In this document: piece by piece, positions 19,263 through 28,632 of the stretch
How the letters are laid out: each line of letters opens with the position of its first letter
Numbering within the stretch: the stretch's first letter is position 1
NCBI GenBank assembly: GCA_001192655.1
Contig: BBVC01000099.1
Coordinates: 913 to 32,912 of the forward strand
DNA from: Caedimonas varicaedens
Lineage (GTDB): Bacteria > Pseudomonadota > Alphaproteobacteria > Caedimonadales > Caedimonadaceae
Direction of reading: 5' to 3'
Length of the DNA stretch: 32,000 bases
Made by a program: the position numbers and the translations under genes
Notes under the pieces: model-generated
The model's input: only the letters and a program-made list of their open reading frames with translations
Told to the model about the DNA's origin: nothing
Database searches by the model: none

Positions 19263-19421
19263 ATGAAAACTTTTATTAATTTTTTCAAGGATGAAAATGG
19301 AGCCTCTGCTGCCGAATATGGTTTGTTAGTTGCCTTAATTGCTATTGTGATTATTGTTGGCGTGACAAGCTTGGGTACCAAAATCAATACTGACTTTACA
19401 AACTTGGCTGCCAAGCTTTAA
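19263..19421 (+). CDS. flp: Flp/Fap family pilin (52 aa)
   Basis: Hand translation gives MKTFINFFKDENGASAAEYGLLVALIAIVIIVGVTSLGTKINTDFTNLAAKL. This carries the Flp motif G/xxxxEY followed by a hydrophobic helix. A GGGAG SD lies upstream. The ORF falls below the track's 60-aa cut-off. Confidence 0.8.
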   Translation: MKTFINFFKDENGASAAEYGLLVALIAIVIIVGVTSLGTKINTDFTNLAAKL

Positions 19422-19427
19422 TTGGCG

Positions 19428-19450
19428 CAGCTGCCTGTCGCAGCTGTTCT
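19428..19450 (+). terminator. Hairpin just after the flp stop (possible weak intrinsic terminator)
   Basis: CAGCTGC (19428-19434), loop CTGTC, then GCAGCTG (19440-19446), followed by TTCT. The stem is 7 bp and the T-tract is short. It lies in the convergent flp/prfA gap. Confidence 0.35.
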
Positions 19451-19531
19451 CAGGGAGATTCTTTGGGGATGGCTGTGTGGGCTATTCTTTGATCTTCAGA
19501 ACAATATATAAATAATATCCACGCTTACTCT

Positions 19532-20611
19532 TTAATAATCCAATTCCGCTAGTTTGCTGGCCTGGTCTTCGGTAATAAGTGCCTGGAGCAGTTCGTCAAG
19601 CGCAGAACCTTCTAGGATTTGCTCTATTTTATAGAGCGTCAGTCCAATACGATGATCTGTGACCCGTCCCTGGGGGAAATTGTAGGTACGGATACGTTCT
19701 GAGCGATCACCAGATCCAACTTGAGTTTTGCGGGTAGCTGCACGTTCGGCGTCCCGTTTTTGGCGTTCAAGGTCATAAAGACGTGCGCGAAGAATTTTAA
19801 GGGCTTTCGCACGATTTTTATGTTGAGATTTCTCATCCTGCTGTGAGACAACCAGACCCGTGGGAAGATGGGTGATGCGGACAGCGCTGTCCGTTGTGTT
19901 CACGGATTGCCCGCCTGGTCCGCTTGAACGAAAAACATCAATTCGCAAGTCTTTTTCTTCAATCACAATGTCGACTTCTTCCGCCTCAGGCAAAATAGCG
20001 ACAGTGGCCGCGCTCGTGTGAATGCGTCCTTGTGTCTCTGTTGCGGGAACGCGTTGGACGCGATGAACGCCGGATTCGAATTTCAAGCGCGCATAAACAC
20101 CACGTCCCGTAATTTGAGCGCTTGCGTCCTTAAGCCCGCCAATACCTGTATCATTAAAATGTAAAACTTCAAATTTCCAATGGTGGGATTCTGCATAGCG
20201 TTGGTACATTCGAAAAAGATCCGCCCCAAAAAGAGCCGCCTCATCACCTCCCGTCCCTGCGCGAATTTCCAGAATGACGTTGCGGTCATCATCCTCATCT
20301 TTAGGCAAGAGCAAAATTTTAATGTGTTGTTCCAGTTCTGACAGACGCTTTTTTTGTATCAGGAAATCTTCCTCTGCAAGGGTTTTAAAATCCCGATCCA
20401 TGGTCGGATCATTCATTATCGCCTCGAGCTCTTGGATCTGTTGTTGGCAATCTCTCAATTGAATGATCGTTTCTGCAACTTTTTCGACCTCGGAAAATTC
20501 TTTGGAAAGCTTGATAAATTCCTGGGGAGTTTCATGGGTGCTACGGGCCAGCATATCACGCAATTCGTAATAGCGATTCAGAACCTGGGTCAGTTTATAG
20601 TCTAGACTCAT
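19532..20611 (-). CDS. prfA: Peptide chain release factor 1
   Basis: The GGQ motif ([11 protein letters not shown]) and the RF1-type PxT tripeptide ([14 protein letters not shown]) are present. The ATG overlaps the hisS stop by 4 nt. Confidence 0.95.
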   Translation of the reverse strand: MSLDYKLTQVLNRYYELRDMLARSTHETPQEFIKLSKEFSEVEKVAETIIQLRDCQQQIQELEAIMNDPTMDRDFKTLAEEDFLIQKKRLSELEQHIKILLLPKDEDDDRNVILEIRAGTGGDEAALFGADLFRMYQRYAESHHWKFEVLHFNDTGIGGLKDASAQITGRGVYARLKFESGVHRVQRVPATETQGRIHTSAATVAILPEAEEVDIVIEEKDLRIDVFRSSGPGGQSVNTTDSAVRITHLPTGLVVSQQDEKSQHKNRAKALKILRARLYDLERQKRDAERAATRKTQVGSGDRSERIRTYNFPQGRVTDHRIGLTLYKIEQILEGSALDELLQALITEDQASKLAELDY

Positions 20612-21852
20612 GAGGGGCTCCGCTCGACAAGTAAATATTCTGCTAGCTGGGAGAGAGGGATTTTTGTTTGTTCGCCTGAGACCAAATTTCTTGCGAGGGC
20701 AACGTGTTCTCTGATCTCATCTTCTCCCAATATGATAGCCCATTGAGCTTCCATTTTATGAGCTCGTTTTAGCCTCTTTGACATATTTCCAGAAAAACCA
20801 AGATCAACAGCAATGCCTTGTTTCCTTAATTGTTGGGCAAGGATCAAAGCTTGTGCTTCTGCTACCTCACCCAGAGGAACAAGCGCTACAAGACTTTTTT
20901 GTGCCAGGGTTAAATGGGAGAGAAGCATGAGTCTTTGCACTCCTGCTGCCCAGCCTACACCTGATAAATCAGGTCCTTCCATCATTTTGAACAACCCATC
21001 ATATCTACCCCCTGCCAACACAGTTCCTTGGGCGCCTAATTCATCTGAAATAAATTCAAAGGCTGTATGGCAGTAATAATCCAACCCTCTTACCAGTTTG
21101 CGATTGATTTTATAGGAGATTTTTAAAAGCTCCAAACTCTTGAGAACATCCTCAAAATGAGCCTTTGAAAGGTGAGACAGAAATTCATTAAAAACAGGGG
21201 CTTCCCTGACGATTTCCTGATCTTTCTTGTCTTTTGAATCAAGGATACGAAGGGGATTTTTCTCAAGCCGTTCAAGGCTTTCTTTTGATAAGGATGATGT
21301 ATAGCGTTTGAAATAGGAAACGAGGGCTTCACGATAGGCATTCCGGCTTTCCATATCGCCCAGAGTATTGATTTCCAGGATAACACGACCTGAAAGTCCT
21401 AATCTTTCCAGGATATGAGCTGCCAGCGCAATCACTTCCACATCTCCTTGCGGTTCAGAAACACCGCAGAGTTCAACTCCCACTTGCTCAAACTGGCGAA
21501 ACCTTCCTTTTTGAGGGCGGTCATAGCGAAACATAGACCCTGCATAAAAAAATTTCAGGGGAAGCTGTTGCGTCAATCCATTGGAAATAGCGGCTCGTAC
21601 CACGGGGGCTGTACATTCAGGGCGTAACGTAAGGCTATCCCCTCCTCGATCGGTAAAGGTATATGTTTCTTTGGAAACAACATCAGAGGTTTCTCCCAAA
21701 CGATGAAAAACACCCTCAAATTCAAAAATGGGGGTTATGATTTCATCATAACCATACCACTGTGTGATTTCTCGTGCAGTTTCAATAACTTTCAGATGTT
21801 TTTGGCACTCTTCTCCATACAGATCATGTGTCCCGCGTACAGGTTGAAACAC
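20608..21852 (-). CDS. hisS: Histidine-tRNA ligase
   Basis: Class II motifs are present: [16 protein letters not shown] and GGRYDGL. An anticodon-binding C-terminal domain is present. The start is a GTG at 21852 preceded by GGAGATAGAGG. Confidence 0.93.
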   Translation of the reverse strand: MFQPVRGTHDLYGEECQKHLKVIETAREITQWYGYDEIITPIFEFEGVFHRLGETSDVVSKETYTFTDRGGDSLTLRPECTAPVVRAAISNGLTQQLPLKFFYAGSMFRYDRPQKGRFRQFEQVGVELCGVSEPQGDVEVIALAAHILERLGLSGRVILEINTLGDMESRNAYREALVSYFKRYTSSLSKESLERLEKNPLRILDSKDKKDQEIVREAPVFNEFLSHLSKAHFEDVLKSLELLKISYKINRKLVRGLDYYCHTAFEFISDELGAQGTVLAGGRYDGLFKMMEGPDLSGVGWAAGVQRLMLLSHLTLAQKSLVALVPLGEVAEAQALILAQQLRKQGIAVDLGFSGNMSKRLKRAHKMEAQWAIILGEDEIREHVALARNLVSGEQTKIPLSQLAEYLLVERSPS

Positions 21853-21876
21853 CCTCTATCTCCATAAATATTTGAA

Positions 21877-22785
21877 CTAATGTTGCTTAAGATAGGCAGA
21901 AAGAGCCTCTGCGTCCAGAGAAAGATTTGATAGAACCTCACCCGTCTTTCCAAGAGGTTGGGCAGGTTTTGCTCCTATTTTGACATTAATGCCCCCAGCA
22001 TTCCCCGTCCGCATAGTATGCCCCTGACTTTTGGAGAGGGTATAGTTTTCTCCAGCCTGGAAAGTTTTTTCTATAATAATATTCCCGAGAGGATCTTTAA
22101 TTTCTATCCAGGAAGGTTGGGAAAATGCAAGATTAAGCTCTCTATTTTCTGCAAGAATTGTTGGTGAGGGCTGGGGGAGTTCTTGCGTGCTGGTTGATTC
22201 TGCAGCGGTTTGTTCCAGATTTTCCTGGTTCGAATCTTCATCTTCTTCCTGTGTTTCCGGATTTCCTTCCTTTGCTGTTGAATCTTGCGGGGAAGAATTC
22301 AACGTCGCCGACTGTATGTTTGACATTACTGGTTTCGAGACCTCAGCGATCGCATGATCAATCGGTTGAGAAGTTGAACTCCATTGCTTTATTCCGTACC
22401 CTATAGCAAAAATAACCATAAGCCCTACTGATGATAAAAGAAGAATTTTTTTGCTTGGAGCCGTCTCGGAAGAAAGAGGAGTAGGAAAAAAAAGGGGGGC
22501 CGCTGCTTCTTCTTGCAGGATTTCTTCCTTAAAGCGACGAACGCAATATTCGGGGTCTATTCCCAAAAATTTTGCATAAGAACGAACAAAGCCCAGGACA
22601 TACACGCGCTCTGGAAGGCGGGGACCATCATTATTTTCAATGGCTTCAATATAATGAGAGCTTATGCGAAGATGCGTGGCGACATCCTGGATAGAATACC
22701 CTTTTTCGTTCCGGCATTCTGTCAGATAACTTGTGATGGAAGGAGAATAATCAACTTGTATTTGTTCTTGTTTCATCACAGACAT
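21877..22785 (-). CDS. RodZ-like cytoskeleton-associated protein (XRE-type HTH, TM segment, C-terminal DUF4115-like domain)
   Basis: The N-terminal HTH is EKGYSIQDVATHLRISSHYIEAIENN...VYVLGFVRSYAKFLGIDPE. There is one TM segment (LLLSSVGLMVIFAIGYGI), an acidic linker, and a conserved C-terminal beta-rich domain. The gene is adjacent to hisS, as rodZ is in many bacteria. Confidence 0.7.
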   Translation of the reverse strand: MSVMKQEQIQVDYSPSITSYLTECRNEKGYSIQDVATHLRISSHYIEAIENNDGPRLPERVYVLGFVRSYAKFLGIDPEYCVRRFKEEILQEEAAAPLFFPTPLSSETAPSKKILLLSSVGLMVIFAIGYGIKQWSSTSQPIDHAIAEVSKPVMSNIQSATLNSSPQDSTAKEGNPETQEEDEDSNQENLEQTAAESTSTQELPQPSPTILAENRELNLAFSQPSWIEIKDPLGNIIIEKTFQAGENYTLSKSQGHTMRTGNAGGINVKIGAKPAQPLGKTGEVLSNLSLDAEALSAYLKQH

Positions 22786-22903
22786 TACCTTGGTTGTATT
22801 TTTAACGTCAGATTATTCTTTAGAGTTTAAGCCTGAATTTTCGGATCAAACTTATTTTATTTTCACAATCAATACCAAAAAACAGGTGATCTAATCAAGT
22901 TAA

Positions 22904-25171
22904 TTAATAAATAATATGGTGATCTTTTGCATAATCAGATAAATCTTGCCGTAAAGTCTTTTTATATTTCTTTGTAATTGTTTGTAAATATTCAGTAGCT
23001 GATTTAAGATTTAGACTGCGAATCATTAGCTTTATATTTCCTATACAAGAAGGCGCCATTGAAAGAGAGCGATATCCAATCATCAAAAGCGCCATTGCTT
23101 CCAGAGGATTTCTCGCCATCTCACCGCATAAGGTAAGAGGCTTTTGTGCTATTTTGCAAGTTTTCGCAACATGTTGAAGAATGTTCAGAAAGGAAGGTGA
23201 CAGGACGTCATAGCGATCAGCAAGGTAAGGATTGGTGCGGTCTGCGGCAAAAAAGAATTGCGATAGATCATTGCTGCCCAGAGAAACGAAATCTACATGG
23301 GGTAAAATAGAGCTTAAAGACCACACAATTGAAGGAACCTCTATCATGATACCGATTTTTATGGAAGAAGGGGGATTTCGTTTCTTGTGTTTTTGCGTTC
23401 TCTCTAATTCAAGACCGAGCAATCGTTTCGCTTCCAACAGCTCTTCCAACTCAGCAATCATGGGGAACATAAGATGTAACTCTTTTCCTGCTGCGGCTTG
23501 AATAAGCGCGCGCAGCTGGTAGCGTAATAACATGGGACGATCAAGTCCAATTCTAATGGCTCGCCACCCTAAAACAGGATTGTCATCTTCCATGGATCGC
23601 AAATAGGGAAGTGCCTTATCTCCTCCAATATCTAGGGTGCGAAATATGACAGGATGACTTCCTGCGGCATGCCTAAGCTCAGAATATAATTTCACTTGTG
23701 TTTCAACTGTTGGAAACTCATGCTGCATCATAAAAGGAATTTCTGTACGATAAAGTCCTACGCCTTTGGCTGCGGTGATTTTGAGTTGTTCAATGTCTAT
23801 CAGAAGTCCCGCGTTCAGATAGAGATCAATTTCGATTCCATCCAGCGTTATGGCTGGTTGATTCTGTATTTCCTGTGCCAAAGCATGCTTTTTAGAAAAG
23901 TGATGGTGTCGGGATTCAAAATTCATGAGAGTTCGGCTGTTTGGTCTCAATGTCACCAGTCCTGTATTTCCATCCATCAAAATGATTTCTCCAGGCTCAA
24001 TTTTTCCCAAAACATCAGGAATACGGCTTACGACGGGAATATTGAGTGCGCGTGCAACGATAGAGACATGAGCTGTTTGTAGCCCTTCCTCGAGAACAAG
24101 GCCACAAATGCCGTAGTTCTCATATTCCAGAAGTTCCGCAGATCCCAGGCTGTGCGCAACGATAATAATTCCTGCTTCGTCTTGTGTCGCTACGATATCT
24201 TTTTCACCTAATAAATGGTGAAGCAGCCGATTGGCAAGATCTTCAAAATCCCATAAGCGGTCACGCAGTAAGCTATTGTTGGGGCGGGAAAGATGAATAC
24301 GCAAATCACGCTGAACTTTTTGAACAGCGGCTTCTGCTGTAAACCCTGTTTCGATAAGGCGTTTGATGCGGGTTAGCCAGCCACGATCATGGGCAAACAT
24401 TTCATAAGTCTCAAGAATCTCACGATGTTCGGTATTTTGCAAAAAAGATTTTGAAAATAAAGTTTTGATAGATTCTTGCATGGCCTGTACAGCCTGGTCA
24501 AAACGATTCAGTTCAGTATGTGTGTCTTCTGAAATAAGTTGTTTAACAACGATATGAGGATGATGAAGTACAGCGGTTCCATAAGCCAAACCAGGATTAA
24601 GGGAAATTCCCCAGAGTTTCAGATCATGGAAATCTCCACTCCCTGTGATATGAAATTCATGTCGGTTAATGAGCTCTCCTGCAACGATCATTTCAGACAG
24701 TACCATGGCAATTGTCTGAAGAATTTCTACTTCCCCATTGGTAAAAAGCCTCTTTTTGAGTGTTTGAAGGGTTAATACGCCAATGACTTTTCCTCTTCGA
24801 TTCAGGGGAACCGCCAGGAAAGAGATTAACTTTTCTTCATTGGACTGGGGAATTAGCTTGAAACTGGGGTGTGATTTCACATCGGAAAGAACGAGAGGAC
24901 GTGAATTTGCAGCAACATCTCCCACAACACCTTCACCAATATTCAGCCTTAGGCGATGTACCATAGAGAGATTAAGCCCATGAGTGGCAAATAATTCCAG
25001 AAATATCCCCCCTCGCACTAAATAAACAGAACAGACGTCGGCCTCCATATCAGCTGCGATCAGCTTGACGATGAAGTCAAGTTTGTTCTGGGAAGAGAGA
25101 TCTGCTCCACCCATGATATCACGAAGACGTCGCAGTAGTCGGTGAGAAGTTGTAGAAGCTTGTGCTGTCAT
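22904..25171 (-). CDS. ptsP: Phosphoenolpyruvate-protein phosphotransferase PtsP (EI-Ntr) with an N-terminal GAF domain
   Basis: The 755-aa product has a GAF-like N-terminus, an EI phospho-His region (...LQTAHVSIVARALNIPVV) and a PEP-utilizing C-terminal barrel (FRTLDIGGDK, GSNDLSQF). Confidence 0.9.
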   Translation of the reverse strand: MTAQASTTSHRLLRRLRDIMGGADLSSQNKLDFIVKLIAADMEADVCSVYLVRGGIFLELFATHGLNLSMVHRLRLNIGEGVVGDVAANSRPLVLSDVKSHPSFKLIPQSNEEKLISFLAVPLNRRGKVIGVLTLQTLKKRLFTNGEVEILQTIAMVLSEMIVAGELINRHEFHITGSGDFHDLKLWGISLNPGLAYGTAVLHHPHIVVKQLISEDTHTELNRFDQAVQAMQESIKTLFSKSFLQNTEHREILETYEMFAHDRGWLTRIKRLIETGFTAEAAVQKVQRDLRIHLSRPNNSLLRDRLWDFEDLANRLLHHLLGEKDIVATQDEAGIIIVAHSLGSAELLEYENYGICGLVLEEGLQTAHVSIVARALNIPVVSRIPDVLGKIEPGEIILMDGNTGLVTLRPNSRTLMNFESRHHHFSKKHALAQEIQNQPAITLDGIEIDLYLNAGLLIDIEQLKITAAKGVGLYRTEIPFMMQHEFPTVETQVKLYSELRHAAGSHPVIFRTLDIGGDKALPYLRSMEDDNPVLGWRAIRIGLDRPMLLRYQLRALIQAAAGKELHLMFPMIAELEELLEAKRLLGLELERTQKHKKRNPPSSIKIGIMIEVPSIVWSLSSILPHVDFVSLGSNDLSQFFFAADRTNPYLADRYDVLSPSFLNILQHVAKTCKIAQKPLTLCGEMARNPLEAMALLMIGYRSLSMAPSCIGNIKLMIRSLNLKSATEYLQTITKKYKKTLRQDLSDYAKDHHIIY

Positions 25172-25404
25172 TGATTTTCCCTGTTTTCTTTTTTCTCAGG
25201 GTATTAGGCGTTGGAATTCACGTTTCCTGCATGCGTTGCTGTGCAGAAGCGTCGCTTGTGTCCCTGTTCAAATACTGGAACTTTTCGAGTATATCTTTAA
25301 TCCCGCAGGCAGATATTTTCCTTTGGAGTCACATATATGAAACCTTTCGTCAAGAACTTTATTATAAGCTTGAGTTATGTTTGTCTGTCTGCATTATTTT
25401 AACA

Positions 25405-26307
25405 TCAGGCTCTGATAAGACGGAATTTTTCTTTTTGTCGCTCATAATAGATAAGATGAAGTCCCCCACCAATGATAAGACAGCCGCCAATAATAATGTA
25501 AAAATCTGGGATATGTCCCCAAAAATAATAGCCAAAAGCGACAGCCCAAATGATGGCAACATAATCAAAAGGAGCAATGGAAGATACGGGAGCCAAACGA
25601 TAGGAGTGAATCATGGCATATTGCGCGCTTCCTCCCAGAAGTCCGATCATGATAAAATTTTCCAAAAATTCCAGGGGAGGATGGCTCCAAAAAAAAGGGA
25701 GGACTAATCCGCTTAAAATAAAACAGGTCAGAGTAAAGGTTGCGACAATCAAACTATTGCTGTCTTCATAAGTTAACTCTCGTGTCTGTATCAGGGAAAC
25801 AGCATGAAAAAATCCCCCTGCAAGAGCCATTAATCCCCCTATATTTAACGCATTTCCTGTAGGACGCAGCATCACAATAATCCCCAAGAAACCCAGGCAT
25901 ACTGTCACACAGCGTTGCAGTCCAATTTTTTCACCAAGATAAAAATGCGCCATGACTGTCAGAAAGAGAGGGGCAGAAAATGTCAGAGCATAGGCATCTG
26001 CAAGAGGAATAAGCCGAAAGGAAGAGATAAAACCGACCAGAGCTATACATGCAAAAAAACATCGAAAAAAGTGAAGACGGAAGCGTCTCGTGCGCCATAG
26101 AGCCGGAGAAGATTCGAAAGGAGCGATGCAAACAATAACAACACAAGAAAATAAACTTCGAAAAAAGATAATCTCGACGATGTGAATTGAATCAGGTAAG
26201 CTCTTGACGAGAACATCCTGAATAGCATACTGTCCCACGGACAGCATCATAAAGGCGACAGCTTTTGTATGAAAACAGGAAGCAGGGGTAACCCAGAGAC
26301 GCGCCAT
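25405..26307 (-). CDS. DMT superfamily (EamA-type) transporter
   Basis: The 300-aa protein has about 10 predicted TM helices in two EamA-like halves. The substrate cannot be called from sequence. Confidence 0.8.
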   Translation of the reverse strand: MARLWVTPASCFHTKAVAFMMLSVGQYAIQDVLVKSLPDSIHIVEIIFFRSLFSCVVIVCIAPFESSPALWRTRRFRLHFFRCFFACIALVGFISSFRLIPLADAYALTFSAPLFLTVMAHFYLGEKIGLQRCVTVCLGFLGIIVMLRPTGNALNIGGLMALAGGFFHAVSLIQTRELTYEDSNSLIVATFTLTCFILSGLVLPFFWSHPPLEFLENFIMIGLLGGSAQYAMIHSYRLAPVSSIAPFDYVAIIWAVAFGYYFWGHIPDFYIIIGGCLIIGGGLHLIYYERQKEKFRLIRA

Positions 26308-26335
26308 ACTCTTTGTCCCTTTTATTCAGACTATG

Positions 26336-26351
26336 AAATGAATATTCATTT
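26336..26351. repeat. Perfect 16-bp palindrome AAATGAATATTCATTT in the divergent DMT/uvrD promoter region
   Basis: The palindrome is read directly from the sequence. It has the same GAATATTC core as the palindrome at 16437-16452. Confidence 0.3.
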
Positions 26352-26417
26352 AACAAGTAGACAGGATTGCGGTATTTGTTGTCAAGTGTTGCCATTATTC
26401 CCCCCATTGAGGATAAA

Positions 26418-28577
26418 GTGTATGATTACCTGAAAGATCTCAATGAGCCACAGCGTCAGGCTGTTGAAAAACTTGAGGGGTCTGTTTTGGTACTTGCTGG
26501 GGCAGGAACAGGAAAAACACGGGTTTTGACAACGCGTGTTGCGCATATCCTGACGTTGGCTAAGGCGTGGCCCTCACAAATTCTGGCTGTTACCTTTACC
26601 AATAAGGCTTCCCATGAAATGCGTGCACGCATTGCCCATTTGATTGGCAATTCAGCTGAGGGGCTGTGGTTAGGGACCTTTCATGCTCTGAGTGTACGGA
26701 TTCTCCGCAGTCATGCTGAACTTGCCGGATTAAAATCAAACTTTACAATTCTTGATGCAGACGATCAGGTTCGTCTTGTAAAACAAATTCTGAAAGCGGA
26801 AAATATAGACGAAAAACGATGGCCGCCTCGGCTTATTCAAACGATCATCAGTCGCTGGAAAGATCGGGGATACCTTCCCCATAAAGTCCCAGAATACGAA
26901 TTGTCACAGGATTCAGCCAATCCTGCCCTTACAATCTATAAAATTTATCAAGAGCGTCTTAAAACTTTGAATGCTGTTGATTTTGGAGATTTACTCCTTC
27001 ATTGCATTACCATTTTCTCGGCTCATTCTGATGTATTAAAACGCTATCAGCAACAATTTCGCTATGTGATGGTTGATGAGTATCAGGATACAAATGTAGC
27101 CCAATATTTATGGTTACGCCTGTTAGCCATGGGGCATAACAATATTTGCTGTGTGGGTGATGATGACCAGTCAATTTATGGATGGCGCGGTGCAGAAGTT
27201 GCTAATATTCTAAGATTTGAGAAAGATTTTCCTGACGCTGTCGTTATTCGGCTTGAACAGAATTATCGTTCTACCCCCGAAATTTTAGGAGCTGCAGCCG
27301 CATTGATTGCTCATAATAAAGATCGTTTGGGCAAAACATTATGGACAACGCAGGAAACAGGAGAAAAAATCTCTTTGTATGGACTGTGGGATGGCGAAAG
27401 CGAAGCGCGCTTTGTTGGAGAAGAAATTGAGCGTTGGCAAAGAGCAAAAGAATCACTGGCAAGCATGGCCATCTTGGTGCGCGCAGGTCATCAAACCAGA
27501 GAATTCGAAGATCGCCTGATCACATTGGCCATACCCTATCGTGTGATTGGCGGCCCCAAGTTTTACGAGCGTATGGAAGTTCGGGACGCTCTTGCTTATC
27601 TTCGTCTTATTGTGCAGCCCGAAGACAGCCTTTCTTTTGAACGCATCATTAATACGCCTCGCCGGGGAATTGGAAATTCTACCTTGCAAATTTTAAATCA
27701 GTTTGCACGCCTTGAACAAATATCGCTTGTTCATGCAACAGGAAAACTTTTGGGAACGGATGAGCTCAAGGGCGCTGCAAAAAATTCTCTTCGGCGTTTT
27801 CTGACAGATTTGGAACATTGGCAACGATGCCTTCAGACCATGACTCCTGCTGAACTTGCTCAAATGGTGCTGGATGAATCGGGTTATACACAAATGTGGA
27901 TGCAAGATAAATCTGCAGAAGCGCCAGGCAGGCTGGAAAACCTGAAAGAACTGGTTTCCGCACTGGATGAATTTCAAAGCCTGGGCGATTTTCTTGAACA
28001 TGTATCTCTGGTGATGGACAACAATTCGGCGGCTCAGTCAGAGGCTGTCAGCATTATGACACTTCACAGCGCAAAGGGTCTTGAATTCAACACTGTTTTT
28101 TTGGCAGGCTGGGAAGAGGGCATCTTCCCCAATGCTCGTTCCCTTGACGCTGAAGCGCGTGAAGGTTTGGAAGAAGAGCGGCGCCTGGCCTATGTCGGGC
28201 TGACACGTGCACGCAAGCGTGTTTATATTTCCTTTGTTGCGAACCGGCGCCTTCATGGATTGTGGCAGTCCTCTTTGCCTTCGCGTTTTATCGATGAATT
28301 GCCAAAAGATCTGGTTGACATTCATACGCAACCAGGCCTCTTCGCGCGTCGTTCTTATGAAGAAGAAGAGCAACGAATTAAAAAGCCTCTGCATTTATCT
28401 TCTTCGGCTCTTTCGCCTGCTTCAATGCCCAGAGCTTTGTATCAGGTTCGGGATCGGGTTTTTCATCTTAAGTTTGGATATGGACAAGTTGTTGAAGTCA
28501 TGGGAGATAAACTTGAGGTTGACTTTGAGCATAGTGGGCTGAAAAAAGTGATGACTTCATTTGTTGAAAAAAAATAG
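26418..28577 (+). CDS. uvrD: ATP-dependent DNA helicase UvrD/PcrA family (DNA helicase II)
   Basis: Helicase motifs are present: AGAGTGKT, DEYQD, VGDDDQSIYGWRGA, QNYRS, TLHSAKGLEF, RRLAYVGLTRA. A C-terminal Tudor-like tail is present. I chose the GTG at 26418, 4 nt after GAGGA (26409-26413). The track's TTG at 26367 adds 17 poorly supported residues. Confidence 0.92.
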   Translation: MYDYLKDLNEPQRQAVEKLEGSVLVLAGAGTGKTRVLTTRVAHILTLAKAWPSQILAVTFTNKASHEMRARIAHLIGNSAEGLWLGTFHALSVRILRSHAELAGLKSNFTILDADDQVRLVKQILKAENIDEKRWPPRLIQTIISRWKDRGYLPHKVPEYELSQDSANPALTIYKIYQERLKTLNAVDFGDLLLHCITIFSAHSDVLKRYQQQFRYVMVDEYQDTNVAQYLWLRLLAMGHNNICCVGDDDQSIYGWRGAEVANILRFEKDFPDAVVIRLEQNYRSTPEILGAAAALIAHNKDRLGKTLWTTQETGEKISLYGLWDGESEARFVGEEIERWQRAKESLASMAILVRAGHQTREFEDRLITLAIPYRVIGGPKFYERMEVRDALAYLRLIVQPEDSLSFERIINTPRRGIGNSTLQILNQFARLEQISLVHATGKLLGTDELKGAAKNSLRRFLTDLEHWQRCLQTMTPAELAQMVLDESGYTQMWMQDKSAEAPGRLENLKELVSALDEFQSLGDFLEHVSLVMDNNSAAQSEAVSIMTLHSAKGLEFNTVFLAGWEEGIFPNARSLDAEAREGLEEERRLAYVGLTRARKRVYISFVANRRLHGLWQSSLPSRFIDELPKDLVDIHTQPGLFARRSYEEEEQRIKKPLHLSSSALSPASMPRALYQVRDRVFHLKFGYGQVVEVMGDKLEVDFEHSGLKKVMTSFVEKK

Positions 28578-28610
28578 ATCTCTTTAGAAACCCAGTTTCT
28601 AAAGAGATCT
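28576..28610. terminator. Perfect 15-bp-stem hairpin overlapping the uvrD stop codon. The T8 tract is on the minus-strand side only.
   Basis: AGATCTCTTTAGAAA (28576-28590), loop CCCAG, then TTTCTAAAGAGATCT (28596-28610). The plus strand has A8 immediately upstream (28567-28574), so the minus-strand RNA would read stem-A-U8. No U-tract follows on the plus strand. Confidence 0.6.
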
Positions 28611-28632
28611 AATAAATCGCGGAGTTTTTCTG

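Noticed and set aside
22802-22816. Near CtrA box TTAA-N7-TTAT upstream of the rodZ-like gene
   Set aside because: It is an imperfect match at 7 of 8 core positions without the trailing C. Such near-matches are common in AT-rich intergenic DNA.
25162-25707. 181-aa plus-strand ORF. The same applies to other long antisense ORFs such as 4580..4936, 10532..10903, 23696..24082, 28463..28765 and 28651..28992.
   Set aside because: Each lies largely or wholly opposite a strongly supported conserved gene (DMT transporter, potF, A2M, ptsP, uvrD/prmA). None has a recognisable motif or a convincing SD. They are typical shadow ORFs.
26367-26417. 17-codon N-terminal extension of uvrD from a TTG start
   Set aside because: The extension has no SD and no helicase-like residues. 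The GTG at 26418 has a GAGGA SD 4 nt upstream.
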